Positions 28,685-38,642 of a stretch of DNA of 64,000 nt are shown piece by piece. Source of the stretch: Patescibacteria group bacterium (lineage in GTDB: Bacteria; Patescibacteriota; Microgenomatia; UBA10105; UBA927); assembly GCA_035510735.1 (NCBI GenBank), contig DATKGN010000003.1:14208-78207 (forward strand). The letters run 5' to 3'. The stretch's first letter is position 1; each line of letters begins with the position of its first letter. The translations under genes were made by a program, and so were the position numbers. The notes under the pieces are model-generated. The model saw nothing but the letters and a program-made list of their open reading frames with translations, was not told the origin of the DNA and ran no database searches.

Positions 28685-29385
28685 TGAAACAGAAGAACAA
28701 GTTCACCCTTCGGCTCTGCGAAATGAATTATGGCTTCGGAAAGTGTTCCTCTCCACGTTTCTTCGTGAATTTTTGTTAGCTCGCGGGCAAGGACGATCTC
28801 AATATCTCCGAATGTTTGTTGAAGATCATGAAGGGTTTGCACTAACTTATGGGGCGCGCAGTAAAAAATAATGGTAGGGGAGAGGTGCTTATTGGTAAAA
28901 GAGGTTTTCAGGAGCTCAAAAAGATTTACACGTTGCCCCTCTTTTTCCGGCGGGTAGCCTAAGAAGAGGAATTTATCAGCGGGAAGTCCGGAGCTTGTTA
29001 GCGCAGCAATAACTGCAGACGGCCCCGGGATGCTTTCAACTTGAATGTTGCGCCTGAGGCATTCCCGAACAATTCTGAATCCCGGATCTGAGATCAGGGG
29101 CGTACCGGCATCGCTAACGAGCGCCAGGTGTTTCCCTTCTTCCAACAATCCGATAACTTCAGGGAGCTTCTTTTCCTCGATCTCATCATAATAGGGGATA
29201 AATGCCGGTTTCCAATCAGATGCTAGGTTAAATTGACTCCCCCACCTGCGGACAAGCTCCTGCATGAAAAGTCCTGTGTGCCGCGTATCCTCGGCCATAA
29301 TGGCATCGGCTGCAAAGAGCGTTTTAATAGCTCTGATAGTAATATCATCCTGATTGCCGATTGGCGTTGCGACTATTGAAAGCAT
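28681..29385 (-). CDS. rsmI: 16S rRNA C1402 2'-O-methyltransferase
   Basis: VATPIGN..DIT.RA, EDTR, VSDAGTPLISDPG, ARELTKIHE. Confidence 0.95.
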   Translation of the reverse strand: MLSIVATPIGNQDDITIRAIKTLFAADAIMAEDTRHTGLFMQELVRRWGSQFNLASDWKPAFIPYYDEIEEKKLPEVIGLLEEGKHLALVSDAGTPLISDPGFRIVRECLRRNIQVESIPGPSAVIAALTSSGLPADKFLFLGYPPEKEGQRVNLFELLKTSFTNKHLSPTIIFYCAPHKLVQTLHDLQQTFGDIEIVLARELTKIHEETWRGTLSEAIIHFAEPKGELVLLFH

Positions 29386-29394
29386 ATAAATCGA

Positions 29395-30708
29395 TTACTT
29401 TTTGAACGTGATCCAAGAGTCGTTGGTTTCGATAGCTGATGGAACAGACCGGTTAATTACATTTTGAATACGGGAAACACTTGACTGCACTGAATTTTCC
29501 CTCACTCGATTTAGAATGAGAGAAAGTTCTTGAACGAGTGGGACCTCCGGGCCAGTATAATCTCCTATATGGTTAGTCAATAGAATAGCTATAGCGTCTT
29601 TCACATCTCTCTCACGGGTATCAAAGTTCACTGCTCTCAATAAATTTGAATTATGTTTTGACATAAGTTCCAAGAGGCTTTTAAGTTGACCCGTGGAGGT
29701 GCGGAGAGTATTGTCATTGGGCGTCTCGCCGGGCATGCAGGTTAAATATCTAATGATTGGCAACTTCCTGGCTTCCCGAATTTCCTCTAATACCCTTTCA
29801 CCGTTATTTCTTCGGTAGTCCTGAAAAGTCCCGTTTTGTTTCAAATAATCTATTAAATCTCTCTCTACCGCGTCGGCCTGTGATATTTCTTGATTTGTCA
29901 TGGATGCAACGACTGAGGCTCGATACAATTCAGTTAATTGAGTAAATTGTTGTTCATCAAAAATGGGGATTGCTTCAAAATCCATAAACGTTAACCCATC
30001 GATTTGCCTGGTAGATCCGGTATCAACAAAACGTACTTTATCGTTAAACTGCCAATCCTTATATATAAATCCGTTTGCCAATACGTGCGTAAAGGAAAAA
30101 AATCTTAGAGCTAATAGGCGCATATAATTTTCAGCTGATAAATCATCTACGTTGACAATTTCAGAGGGTTCTTCCCAGTCATCTTTAAGCATAAGGATAT
30201 TTCTGCCGTCGGCAAGACGCCCGAATTTTATGAATTCAGGAACTCCCGGCATTCCTTGATTTGATAAAATTGACCGCGCCTCTCTTTCTATCTTTTCATT
30301 CATTTCATGATTAACTGACCCCCGCTCGGTTGCAACACGAATTATAGAAGTTTCGTCGCTATTTGCACGCTGCGCGCGCCATATCTGCTTTTCTCGTGTA
30401 TTAGATAATGGTACTGGACCTGTCACCCAGTCGTTTCCTTCTAGATTAAAAATTTGACCCGCCAATACTCCGCTATCCTTGCCTGTGAGCTCAGCTGCAA
30501 GATTCTGTGGTAATAAAAAATCTGCGAGTCCCCCCTGAGGTTGAGATAGGTACATCCGATTTCCTACTACACTCGCAAATTGTATAGGTAAAGTGCCTTT
30601 CGACTGAATAGACCAATCAGTCTCAGTTGAAGTCTGTGGCCCGACGAGATATAGCCTGTGTTGGCTTTTGAGATTATCTGTCGTGATTGCTAAACCTGCT
30701 TCGTTCAT
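29395..30708 (-). CDS. Hypothetical protein with degenerate protein-kinase-like motifs
   Basis: IEREA..L, GVPEF, GFIYKD, FMDFE. Confidence 0.45.
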   Translation of the reverse strand: MNEAGLAITTDNLKSQHRLYLVGPQTSTETDWSIQSKGTLPIQFASVVGNRMYLSQPQGGLADFLLPQNLAAELTGKDSGVLAGQIFNLEGNDWVTGPVPLSNTREKQIWRAQRANSDETSIIRVATERGSVNHEMNEKIEREARSILSNQGMPGVPEFIKFGRLADGRNILMLKDDWEEPSEIVNVDDLSAENYMRLLALRFFSFTHVLANGFIYKDWQFNDKVRFVDTGSTRQIDGLTFMDFEAIPIFDEQQFTQLTELYRASVVASMTNQEISQADAVERDLIDYLKQNGTFQDYRRNNGERVLEEIREARKLPIIRYLTCMPGETPNDNTLRTSTGQLKSLLELMSKHNSNLLRAVNFDTRERDVKDAIAILLTNHIGDYTGPEVPLVQELSLILNRVRENSVQSSVSRIQNVINRSVPSAIETNDSWITFKK

Positions 30709-30802
30709 AACCTATATTCTATCCTTGTCAATTTCTATATGCAAACTACATCAACAGGTTTTATTACTTGAAAATCGAGCTGTGGAATGTCAGAATGTAC
30801 AA

Positions 30803-31432
30803 ATGTTGGAACTTATTGGCTCGTGGATTATCCATTTTATCTCCTCTTTGGGCTACCTTGGTATATTCCTTCTCATGACGCTTGAATCAGCGCTTATCCC
30901 CATCCCGTCTGAAGTCACCATGCCGTTCTCGGGGTCGCTGGTTGCCCTCGGACAGTTTAATATTTGGTTCGTTGTGGTCGCTGGGACACTCGGAAATTTG
31001 TTTGGGTCGCTTCTTGCGTATTTCTTAGGGTATTGGGGGGAAGAATCGGTTGTGCGGCGCTTAATCGTCAAATACGGAAAATATCTTCTTATCAGTGAGC
31101 ATGAGTACGATCAGTCTGAGCGATGGTTTCGGGTTCACGGCGAACTCATTGTCTTACTTTCCCGCGTATTGCCGGTACTCCGCACATTCATTTCGCTTCC
31201 AGCCGGTGTTGCCAAAATGAAGCTTCCGAAATTCATCGCATATACCGTGATAGGGTCCTTCATCTGGTCATACGTTCTCACGGAATTAGGAGTTGTACTC
31301 GGAAATCACTGGAATTCCATTGGTGGGTATTTTCACAAATTTGATATCGTTATTGTAATCGCTGGTGTATGCGTTGTTGCTTGGTATATCTGGCACAAAC
31401 TCAAACACTTCAAAAAACCCTCAGTTTCGTAA
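30803..31432 (+). CDS. DedA family membrane protein
   Basis: LESALIPIPSE, SRVLPVLRTFISLPAG. Confidence 0.92.
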   Translation: MLELIGSWIIHFISSLGYLGIFLLMTLESALIPIPSEVTMPFSGSLVALGQFNIWFVVVAGTLGNLFGSLLAYFLGYWGEESVVRRLIVKYGKYLLISEHEYDQSERWFRVHGELIVLLSRVLPVLRTFISLPAGVAKMKLPKFIAYTVIGSFIWSYVLTELGVVLGNHWNSIGGYFHKFDIVIVIAGVCVVAWYIWHKLKHFKKPSVS

Positions 31433-31529
31433 AGCAATCCATAAATCCATCGTTAAGTGCCATCCGCTGATATTTGGTGACATGAGCTTTTTAATAATTA
31501 ATTAGAAAGAGAGTGTTATAATTCGAGAA

Positions 31530-31880
31530 ATGAAAGTGCCTTATGCCAAATTGGCTTATGTTCCCCGTGAAAAACCTAAAGACAAAATTGAAAATTACCT
31601 ATTGAGTCTGGCAAATCCTCACTCAAGACCAAGAGCACTATTTTTTCGTTCTAAGGGTTTTAGCGAGGCGAACATGAATCTTTTTGAGCGTCGCTTGTTA
31701 CAAATAATTCAAAGAAATGATGTAACAAATACAGAACATTCACAATATGGTGAAAAATATATCGTCGATGGTGTTATAGAGACACCTATAGAGAACTCTA
31801 TTTCGCTAAGAACGATGTGGATTGTGGACAATAGGAAGCGCAAGCCCAAATTCGTCACCGCCTTCCCACATCGTGTATAA
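31530..31880 (+). CDS. DUF6883-like protein
   Basis: KIENYLLS..NP....A.FF...GF, YG.KY.VDG, W.VD, PKFVTA.P. Confidence 0.65.
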   Translation: MKVPYAKLAYVPREKPKDKIENYLLSLANPHSRPRALFFRSKGFSEANMNLFERRLLQIIQRNDVTNTEHSQYGEKYIVDGVIETPIENSISLRTMWIVDNRKRKPKFVTAFPHRV

Positions 31881-31903
31881 TATGTAAAAGGAAGAGGATA
31901 TTT

Positions 31904-32206
31904 ATGTTTGAAGAGCTTAGTTCAGTTACGCTTACACATGATATACCTACGCATAACCTTTCTAAGGGAGATGCGGGTACTGTTGTGCATGTATATGCTA
32001 ATGGAGAAGGGTATGAAGTTGAATTTTTTAACTCAATGGGCGAAACTATCGCTGTTTTAACTTTAAGCCCAACTGATCTACTTGCTGTGCAGACTAATTC
32101 TGTGGTTAAGTGGATCGAGCCAATATGGGATGGAATGACGTCACCGCCATCTATAGCAAACAATGCTGATAAAGTGGTGACGAGAATGTTTTATAGTCAA
32201 TTATGA
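31904..32206 (+). CDS. DUF4926 domain protein
   Basis: V.LTHDIP..NL..GD.GTVVHVY..G..YEVEF....GET.AV.TL. Confidence 0.8.
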   Translation: MFEELSSVTLTHDIPTHNLSKGDAGTVVHVYANGEGYEVEFFNSMGETIAVLTLSPTDLLAVQTNSVVKWIEPIWDGMTSPPSIANNADKVVTRMFYSQL

Positions 32207-32667
32207 AAATTCAACATATTTGGTCAGTATTATGTAAAGAAAGCATTATTAATCAAGACGATAATGTTATTTCGCTAATTGGTATTCTTGAGGATATTAA
32301 TTCCACAATAACTCCTTTAAAAGCGGATACTCCTAGACCAGAAAAGGTTACTATCCCTTTTAATTTTGAGGTGGTAAGTTATTGGACCAAAGATTCAACA
32401 GAAGAAGTAAAGATACTGATAAAGACTACAATGATTGATCCTGAAGGTAAAGAATTGGCAAACGATATTAAAGAATTAGTATTCCCAGCTAACACTAAAA
32501 GATTGCGAAGCAGGTTAAAAGTTCAAGGCTTATCTGTGACTAATAGTGGAGACTACTCAGTTAGAATCAGGTTGAAAATTGCTGAAGAAAAAGAATTTAA
32601 ATCTGTTACCGAATTGCCTATAAGTGTCAAAATACAATTTGCTGAGTTGAAGGCTCCGTCTAACTAA
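32203..32667 (+). CDS. DUF6941-like protein
   Basis: WSVLC...I.D....ISLIGI pattern, beta-rich. Confidence 0.55.
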   Translation: MKIQHIWSVLCKESIINQDDNVISLIGILEDINSTITPLKADTPRPEKVTIPFNFEVVSYWTKDSTEEVKILIKTTMIDPEGKELANDIKELVFPANTKRLRSRLKVQGLSVTNSGDYSVRIRLKIAEEKEFKSVTELPISVKIQFAELKAPSN

Positions 32668-32836
32668 ATTATCTTCTTAAGCATAATTTGCTTCATATTT
32701 TATACAGTTAGTTAATTGGTTGTAGAATACTTTTTGTTACATTGCACTTGAAAACTTAGATATTCATTATTCACTATTGGAGTAAGTAAAAAGATTGAAA
32801 CTACAAGATAGTCCTAACTTATGAATCCAGTACCTT

Positions 32837-33460
32837 CTAGACAAACTTCCTAATTAACCCTACTACTTTTCCCTGTATCTTTACGTGTGTGGTGAAGATG
32901 GGAGACATGGTGGCGTTTGCGGGCATGAGTTTGATGCGGTCCTTCTCGAAATAAATGCGCTTGAGGGTGGCGAGACCGTTCGGGAGGAGTGCTACGACGA
33001 TATCGCCGTTTTGAGCATCCTGCTGATGCTGGATGACCACATAATCTCCGTCCATGATGCCGTCATCGATCATGGATGTGCCTTTGACCTGGAGAATATA
33101 GCTTGGCTTATTGGATGAAATCATGCCGGGAGCGACAGACATATAGAAATTCGGATCTGTATACGGTTCAAGAGGGCTTCCGGCTGCAATAAATCCGAGT
33201 ACCGGCAGTTCGACAGCCGTTGTGCCTTTCCCTGTACGGTAATTTGCCTCAACGATTTCAAGGCCGCGTGCCGTGCCATCAAGTTTGTTAATGAATCCCT
33301 TTTGGCGGAGGCGGTCGATGTGTTCGTGAACCGTTGCCGGAGAATTCATACCAAGCGCAGTGCCTATCTCTTTGAGCGTCGGGGCGTATCCGTAGCGCTG
33401 AATAAATTGTGTGATAAACTCTAGAAGTTGTCGTTCTTTATTGTAAAGTGTAGCAGGCAT
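32837..33460 (-). CDS. lexA: SOS repressor LexA
   Basis: GYAPTLKEI HTH, IAAG cleavage site, V.GTSM (Ser), ATLKR (Lys). Confidence 0.97.
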   Translation of the reverse strand: MPATLYNKERQLLEFITQFIQRYGYAPTLKEIGTALGMNSPATVHEHIDRLRQKGFINKLDGTARGLEIVEANYRTGKGTTAVELPVLGFIAAGSPLEPYTDPNFYMSVAPGMISSNKPSYILQVKGTSMIDDGIMDGDYVVIQHQQDAQNGDIVVALLPNGLATLKRIYFEKDRIKLMPANATMSPIFTTHVKIQGKVVGLIRKFV

Positions 33461-33498
33461 AGGTTTACCGAAAATATGATATGATTATTCTTAGTATT

Positions 33499-33567
33499 CC
33501 AAAATATACCCGAACTGTCAAGAGTATCTATCGGAATATATCTATATCAAACTGAAATAAAACCGAA
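33499..33567. promoter_or_regulatory. Candidate LexA boxes in the lexA/uvrB divergent promoter
   Basis: CCAAA-N6-CCGAA at 33499-33514 and CTGAA-N6-CCGAA at 33552-33567; extra CCGAA half-site at 33468. Confidence 0.65.
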
Positions 33568-33575
33568 AGACCTTT

Positions 33576-35603
33576 ATGAAATTTTCTTTGAAATCATCGT
33601 TTCAGCCAACCGGAGATCAACCTGAGGCTATTACTGCCCTCACTGAGAATTTTAAGAAGAAGGTTGATGAGCAGGTGCTTTTGGGTGTAACAGGAAGCGG
33701 AAAAACATTCACGATCGCCAACGTTATTCAAAAACTTCAGCGTCCGACACTTGTGATATCGCATAACAAGACGCTAGCGGCCCAATTGTATCAGGAATTT
33801 CGCGATTTTTTTCCTGCTAACGCCGTTTCTTATTTTGTTTCCTATTATGATTACTACCAGCCGGAAGCGTATCTGCCTCAGACGGACACGTATATCGAAA
33901 AAGAGACACAGATAAATGAAGAAATCGATAAATTGCGGCTTGCTGCAACAACAAATTTATTAACCCGGAAGGACGTCATCGTCGTTGCATCAGTATCGTG
34001 TATTTACAATATCGGCTCTCCCAAAGAATACGGCAGTTTTATTTTGGAGCTCAAACGCGGAGTGAAAGTGACGAGGGAAAGTATTTTTGAACGTCTTATC
34101 CAGCTTCAATATGAGCGGAGCGACTTCGGGTTTACACGAGGGACCTTTCGAGTAAGAGGCGATACTATTGATCTTTATCCTGCGTATCTTGATACATCAA
34201 TACGGATTATCCTTGACGGCATGTACGTCACCGCATTGGAGGAACTTGACCCCTTAACCGGGGAAAAGCTCAAAGAGCTTGATGGAACGGTTATTTATCC
34301 GGCGAAGCACTATATGATGGACCCCAAGAGCCATAAGGAGGTATTTAAGGATATTCAGGATGATCTGGTGCTGCAGCTTACAAAGTTTAAACAGCAAGGC
34401 AAGATTTTAGAAGCGCACCGGCTTGAACAGCGGGTACATTATGACCTTGAGATGATACAGGAGATGGGGTATGTGAACGGTATAGAAAATTATTCACGCT
34501 ATTTCGACGGACGTAAATCAGGAGATCCACCCTATACACTCCTTGACTACTTTGATGCTGCGGCCGGTGACGATTGGCTGTTGGTTATTGATGAATCCCA
34601 TATGACCGTGCCGCAGATACGGGGTATGTATAATGGCGATAGGAGCCGGAAACAGACGCTCATTGATTACGGATTCAGGCTCCCCGCGGCTTTGGATAAC
34701 CGCCCGTTACGGTTTGAGGAGTTTACCCGCCTTATGCCCCAAACCATCTATGTATCCGCAACACCTGATGAATACGAGATAAGTCGTGCGAACGAGGCAG
34801 CTTCCCGCCAAGGCGTTGGCAGTGGCATTGTGGAGCAGCTCGTTCGTCCTACAGGGCTTATTGATCCCAAGGTTTCAGTACGGCCGGTTGAGAGTCAAAT
34901 ACTCGATTTATTCGCTGAAATTCAAAAACGGGTTAGTCGTCATGAACGGACACTTGTGACGACGCTTACGAAGCAAATGGCAGAGGATTTGTCCGATTTT
35001 CTCAAGGAGAAAGGAATTCTCGTCCAGTATTTGCATTCGGATGTGCAGACGCTTGACAGGTCGGACATTCTGGACGATCTCCGGAAGGGTACGTTTGACG
35101 TCATCGTTGGCGTTAACCTTTTGAGGGAAGGTCTTGATCTTCCAGAGGTTTCCCTTGTTGCGATTCTTGATGCGGATAAGGAGGGTTTCTTACGCAGCCG
35201 GACGAGCCTCGTCCAGACCATGGGACGGGCATCACGGCACGTTGCAGGCGAAGTGATTCTCTATGCAGGCCATATGACGGATTCTATGACCTATGCGATT
35301 GAGGAAGTGGGCCGTCGCCGGAAGGTACAGCTGGAATTTAATAAAATACATCACATAACACCCGTATCTATCCAAAAACCTATACGCGATCAGCTTGTTG
35401 AGCGGGGGCAAGAAGATAAAAAGCATGCGCAAACTGTGGAATCAATGCTCGGGATGGAAGAGAAGGATATTGAGTCCCTCACTCCGATGGATAAGAAGCA
35501 ATTGGTTATTAAACTCACCAAAGAGATGCGGGGAGCAAGCCGTGAGCTTAATTTTGAACTGGCAGCGAAGTTGAGGGATTTCATCGCAACACTTACTGAC
35601 TAA
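33576..35603 (+). CDS. uvrB: Excinuclease ABC subunit B
   Basis: GDQPEAI, GVTGSGKT, YYDYYQPEAY, DESH, NLLREGLDLPEV. Confidence 0.98.
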   Translation: MKFSLKSSFQPTGDQPEAITALTENFKKKVDEQVLLGVTGSGKTFTIANVIQKLQRPTLVISHNKTLAAQLYQEFRDFFPANAVSYFVSYYDYYQPEAYLPQTDTYIEKETQINEEIDKLRLAATTNLLTRKDVIVVASVSCIYNIGSPKEYGSFILELKRGVKVTRESIFERLIQLQYERSDFGFTRGTFRVRGDTIDLYPAYLDTSIRIILDGMYVTALEELDPLTGEKLKELDGTVIYPAKHYMMDPKSHKEVFKDIQDDLVLQLTKFKQQGKILEAHRLEQRVHYDLEMIQEMGYVNGIENYSRYFDGRKSGDPPYTLLDYFDAAAGDDWLLVIDESHMTVPQIRGMYNGDRSRKQTLIDYGFRLPAALDNRPLRFEEFTRLMPQTIYVSATPDEYEISRANEAASRQGVGSGIVEQLVRPTGLIDPKVSVRPVESQILDLFAEIQKRVSRHERTLVTTLTKQMAEDLSDFLKEKGILVQYLHSDVQTLDRSDILDDLRKGTFDVIVGVNLLREGLDLPEVSLVAILDADKEGFLRSRTSLVQTMGRASRHVAGEVILYAGHMTDSMTYAIEEVGRRRKVQLEFNKIHHITPVSIQKPIRDQLVERGQEDKKHAQTVESMLGMEEKDIESLTPMDKKQLVIKLTKEMRGASRELNFELAAKLRDFIATLTD

Positions 35604-35702
35604 TGGTATAATCTACAGGCCCCGGAACCATCCGAGGGCACTTTTGCGTCGCAAAAGAATAAACCAATAATCCAATAAGCAAATATTCAAATAAGGAATT
35701 CT

Positions 35703-38636
35703 ATGGACAAACTTATAATCCGCGGTGCGCGGCAACATAACCTCAAGAATGTCAATCTGGAGCTTCCGAAAAATAAGCTCATCGTTTTTACGGGACTTTC
35801 AGGCTCCGGCAAATCCTCTCTTGCGTTTGACACGATTTACGCCGAGGGGCAACGACGATATGTTGAGTCGCTCTCCTCCTACGCGCGGCAATTTTTGGGT
35901 ATCATGGATAAGCCCGACGTTGATGTGATTGAGGGGTTGTCTCCTTCCATATCAATTGACCAAAAATCAACCTCGCATAACCCGCGCTCGACGGTTGGTA
36001 CCGTCACCGAAATTTATGATTACATGCGGCTTCTTTTTGCGAGAATCGGTCACCCGCACTGTCCGAATTGTGGCCGCGAGATCAGTAAACTATCCATCGC
36101 CCAGATCGTTACGCTCGTGGGCCAGTTAACAAAAGACGAGTTTGAGAAGTCACCTAAAAAGCATATCCGACTCATGGTTCTGGCCCCCATTATCCGGGAC
36201 CGTAAAGGCGAATTCCTTCAGCTTTTTGATAACCTGAGGTCAAAGGGATACCGTCAGGTGCGCGTTGACGGATATTTCTTTGGGATCAATGAGGATATCG
36301 CCCTCATTAAAACAAATAAACACACCATTGAGGCTGTGGTTGACCGCATCACCATCGAAAAACATGAGATTAGCGGTCAAATAGATGTAAAACTGCGCTC
36401 CAGACTTAATCAGGCCATTGAGCAGAGTCTTTCGTTATCCGACGGCATGGTCACCGTGGGATTTGTCGAAGACAGCGGCTTTACGTTTCCTGAGAAGCCG
36501 AAAAAAATGAGCACCCATATTTATTCGGAGAAATTTGCCTGCCCGGTGTGTAACCTTTCGCTACCGGAGATAGAGCCCAGGTCATTTTCTTTTAACACGC
36601 CGCACGGTGCGTGTCCTGAGTGTAGCGGGATCGGAACAATATTGACTGTTGAGCCGACGCTTGTGTTAAGTCCTGGGCTCTCTATCACCGAGGGTGGAAT
36701 TCTTCCATTTGCGAGAATGTTTTTCCACGATACGTGGTATTCACGCGTCATTGGCACGGTTGCAAAAGAATGCGGTATTGATCCCCGCGCACCTCTTTCC
36801 AATATGACGGCCAAACAAAAGGATATATTGCTGGGCGGCACGGGCGATAAACTGTATCGTGTGAGCGGCACCAACCGGTTCGGCGAAGCGACGACCATTG
36901 AAGAAAGCTTCCGCGGTATTCTTCCGGAACTTAAAAAACGGTTTCTTGAAACGGAATCAGAATTTGTGCGGGTAGAAATTGAAAAGTACATGCGTCAGGA
37001 AATTTGTCCGACCTGCGGCGGAAAACGCCTGAAAAAAGAAGCCTTGACCATAACCATCGATAAGTTTTCGATTGCCGATGTGACTGCGCTGTCGGTAACT
37101 GATGCATACAACTGGATTGAAACACTTAAAGGCGGCAAGAAAGATCTGTTAAGCGGGCAGGAATTGACGATTGCTACACCGGTGATAAAAGAAATTCTTG
37201 TCCGTCTGCAGTTTTTAACACGTGTCGGATTGGAATACCTCACGCTCGGGCGAAGCGCGACGACGCTTGCAGGTGGCGAGGCACAGCGCATACGTCTTGC
37301 TTCCCAAATTGGGTCTGGTTTATCGGGTGTCCTATACGTGCTTGATGAGCCATCCATCGGGTTGCATCCGCGGGACAACAGCAAACTCATTGATACACTG
37401 AAGGCGCTTCGGGATTTGGGTAATACGGTGATCGTTGTTGAGCACGACCGCGAAATGATGGAAGCATCTGATTATCTCGTGGATTTCGGGCCCGGTGCGG
37501 GCGAGCATGGCGGATATGTGATTGCACAAGGGACTGTTTCGGAAGTAAAAAAGAACCCTCGATCAATTACGGCAAAGTATCTCAACGATGAGCGTTCTAT
37601 TCACCGTCCGACACAGACTATCAAGTCAGGCGACGTGACCTCATCATTCGTGCTTCGAGGAGCTGCGGAAAATAATCTAAAATCTATTGATGTTTCGTTC
37701 CCGGTAGGAAAATTTATCTCCGTGACCGGCGTGTCAGGTTCCGGTAAATCAACGCTCATCGTCGAAACGCTCTATCGGGCTTTAGCCCGGCATTTCAATT
37801 CGCTCTCAAAAGAAAATCCCGGGAAATTTGGCACAATCGATAACATTGATCTTGTCGATAAAGCAATTCTTATTGATCAATCCCCGATCGGCCGAACACC
37901 AAGGAGCAATCCTGCGACCTATACGGGAATTTTTTCTCATATTCGGGAAATTTTCGCGATGCTACCCGACTCAAGAATGCGGGGATATACACCTGGTCGG
38001 TTCTCTTTTAATGTGCGCGGCGGGCGGTGCGAATCCTGCGAAGGAGAAGGTCAGATAAAAATAGAGATGCAGTTTCTCTCTGATGTCTATGTAACATGCG
38101 AAGTTTGCCGTGGCACTCGGTACAATTCCGAGACCTTAGAGGCGCAGTATCACGGAAAAAATATTTCACAGGTTTTAAATATGACCATTGAGGAGGCGGT
38201 CGTATTTTTTGCGAATCACCCGATATTGTCAGATAAACTGCATGTTATAGAAGATGTAGGTTTGGGTTATATGCGTCTGGGACAGTCTGCAACGACACTC
38301 TCAGGCGGCGAAGCCCAGCGGGTAAAATTGGCATCAGAATTACACCGACGTTCAACCGGAAAAACCGTTTACATTCTCGATGAGCCGACGACAGGGCTTC
38401 ATTTCGCGGATCTTGAAAAGTTGCTCGGGGTGCTGCATAAACTTACCGAACTCGGGAACACCGTGATTGTTATCGAACACAACCTCGATATCATTAAAAA
38501 TGCCGATTATATTATTGATTTAGGGCCCGAAGGCGGAGACGGCGGCGGCAGAATTGTCGCAACCGGTTCACCACGCCAGCTTGCAGCGAACAAAAATTCT
38601 TATACAGGACAGTTTCTCAAAAAAATACTAGAATAA
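35703..38636 (+). CDS. uvrA: Excinuclease ABC subunit A
   Basis: [23 protein letters not shown], two ABC domains, zinc fingers. Confidence 0.98.
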   Translation: MDKLIIRGARQHNLKNVNLELPKNKLIVFTGLSGSGKSSLAFDTIYAEGQRRYVESLSSYARQFLGIMDKPDVDVIEGLSPSISIDQKSTSHNPRSTVGTVTEIYDYMRLLFARIGHPHCPNCGREISKLSIAQIVTLVGQLTKDEFEKSPKKHIRLMVLAPIIRDRKGEFLQLFDNLRSKGYRQVRVDGYFFGINEDIALIKTNKHTIEAVVDRITIEKHEISGQIDVKLRSRLNQAIEQSLSLSDGMVTVGFVEDSGFTFPEKPKKMSTHIYSEKFACPVCNLSLPEIEPRSFSFNTPHGACPECSGIGTILTVEPTLVLSPGLSITEGGILPFARMFFHDTWYSRVIGTVAKECGIDPRAPLSNMTAKQKDILLGGTGDKLYRVSGTNRFGEATTIEESFRGILPELKKRFLETESEFVRVEIEKYMRQEICPTCGGKRLKKEALTITIDKFSIADVTALSVTDAYNWIETLKGGKKDLLSGQELTIATPVIKEILVRLQFLTRVGLEYLTLGRSATTLAGGEAQRIRLASQIGSGLSGVLYVLDEPSIGLHPRDNSKLIDTLKALRDLGNTVIVVEHDREMMEASDYLVDFGPGAGEHGGYVIAQGTVSEVKKNPRSITAKYLNDERSIHRPTQTIKSGDVTSSFVLRGAAENNLKSIDVSFPVGKFISVTGVSGSGKSTLIVETLYRALARHFNSLSKENPGKFGTIDNIDLVDKAILIDQSPIGRTPRSNPATYTGIFSHIREIFAMLPDSRMRGYTPGRFSFNVRGGRCESCEGEGQIKIEMQFLSDVYVTCEVCRGTRYNSETLEAQYHGKNISQVLNMTIEEAVVFFANHPILSDKLHVIEDVGLGYMRLGQSATTLSGGEAQRVKLASELHRRSTGKTVYILDEPTTGLHFADLEKLLGVLHKLTELGNTVIVIEHNLDIIKNADYIIDLGPEGGDGGGRIVATGSPRQLAANKNSYTGQFLKKILE

Positions 38637-38642
38637 AACAAC

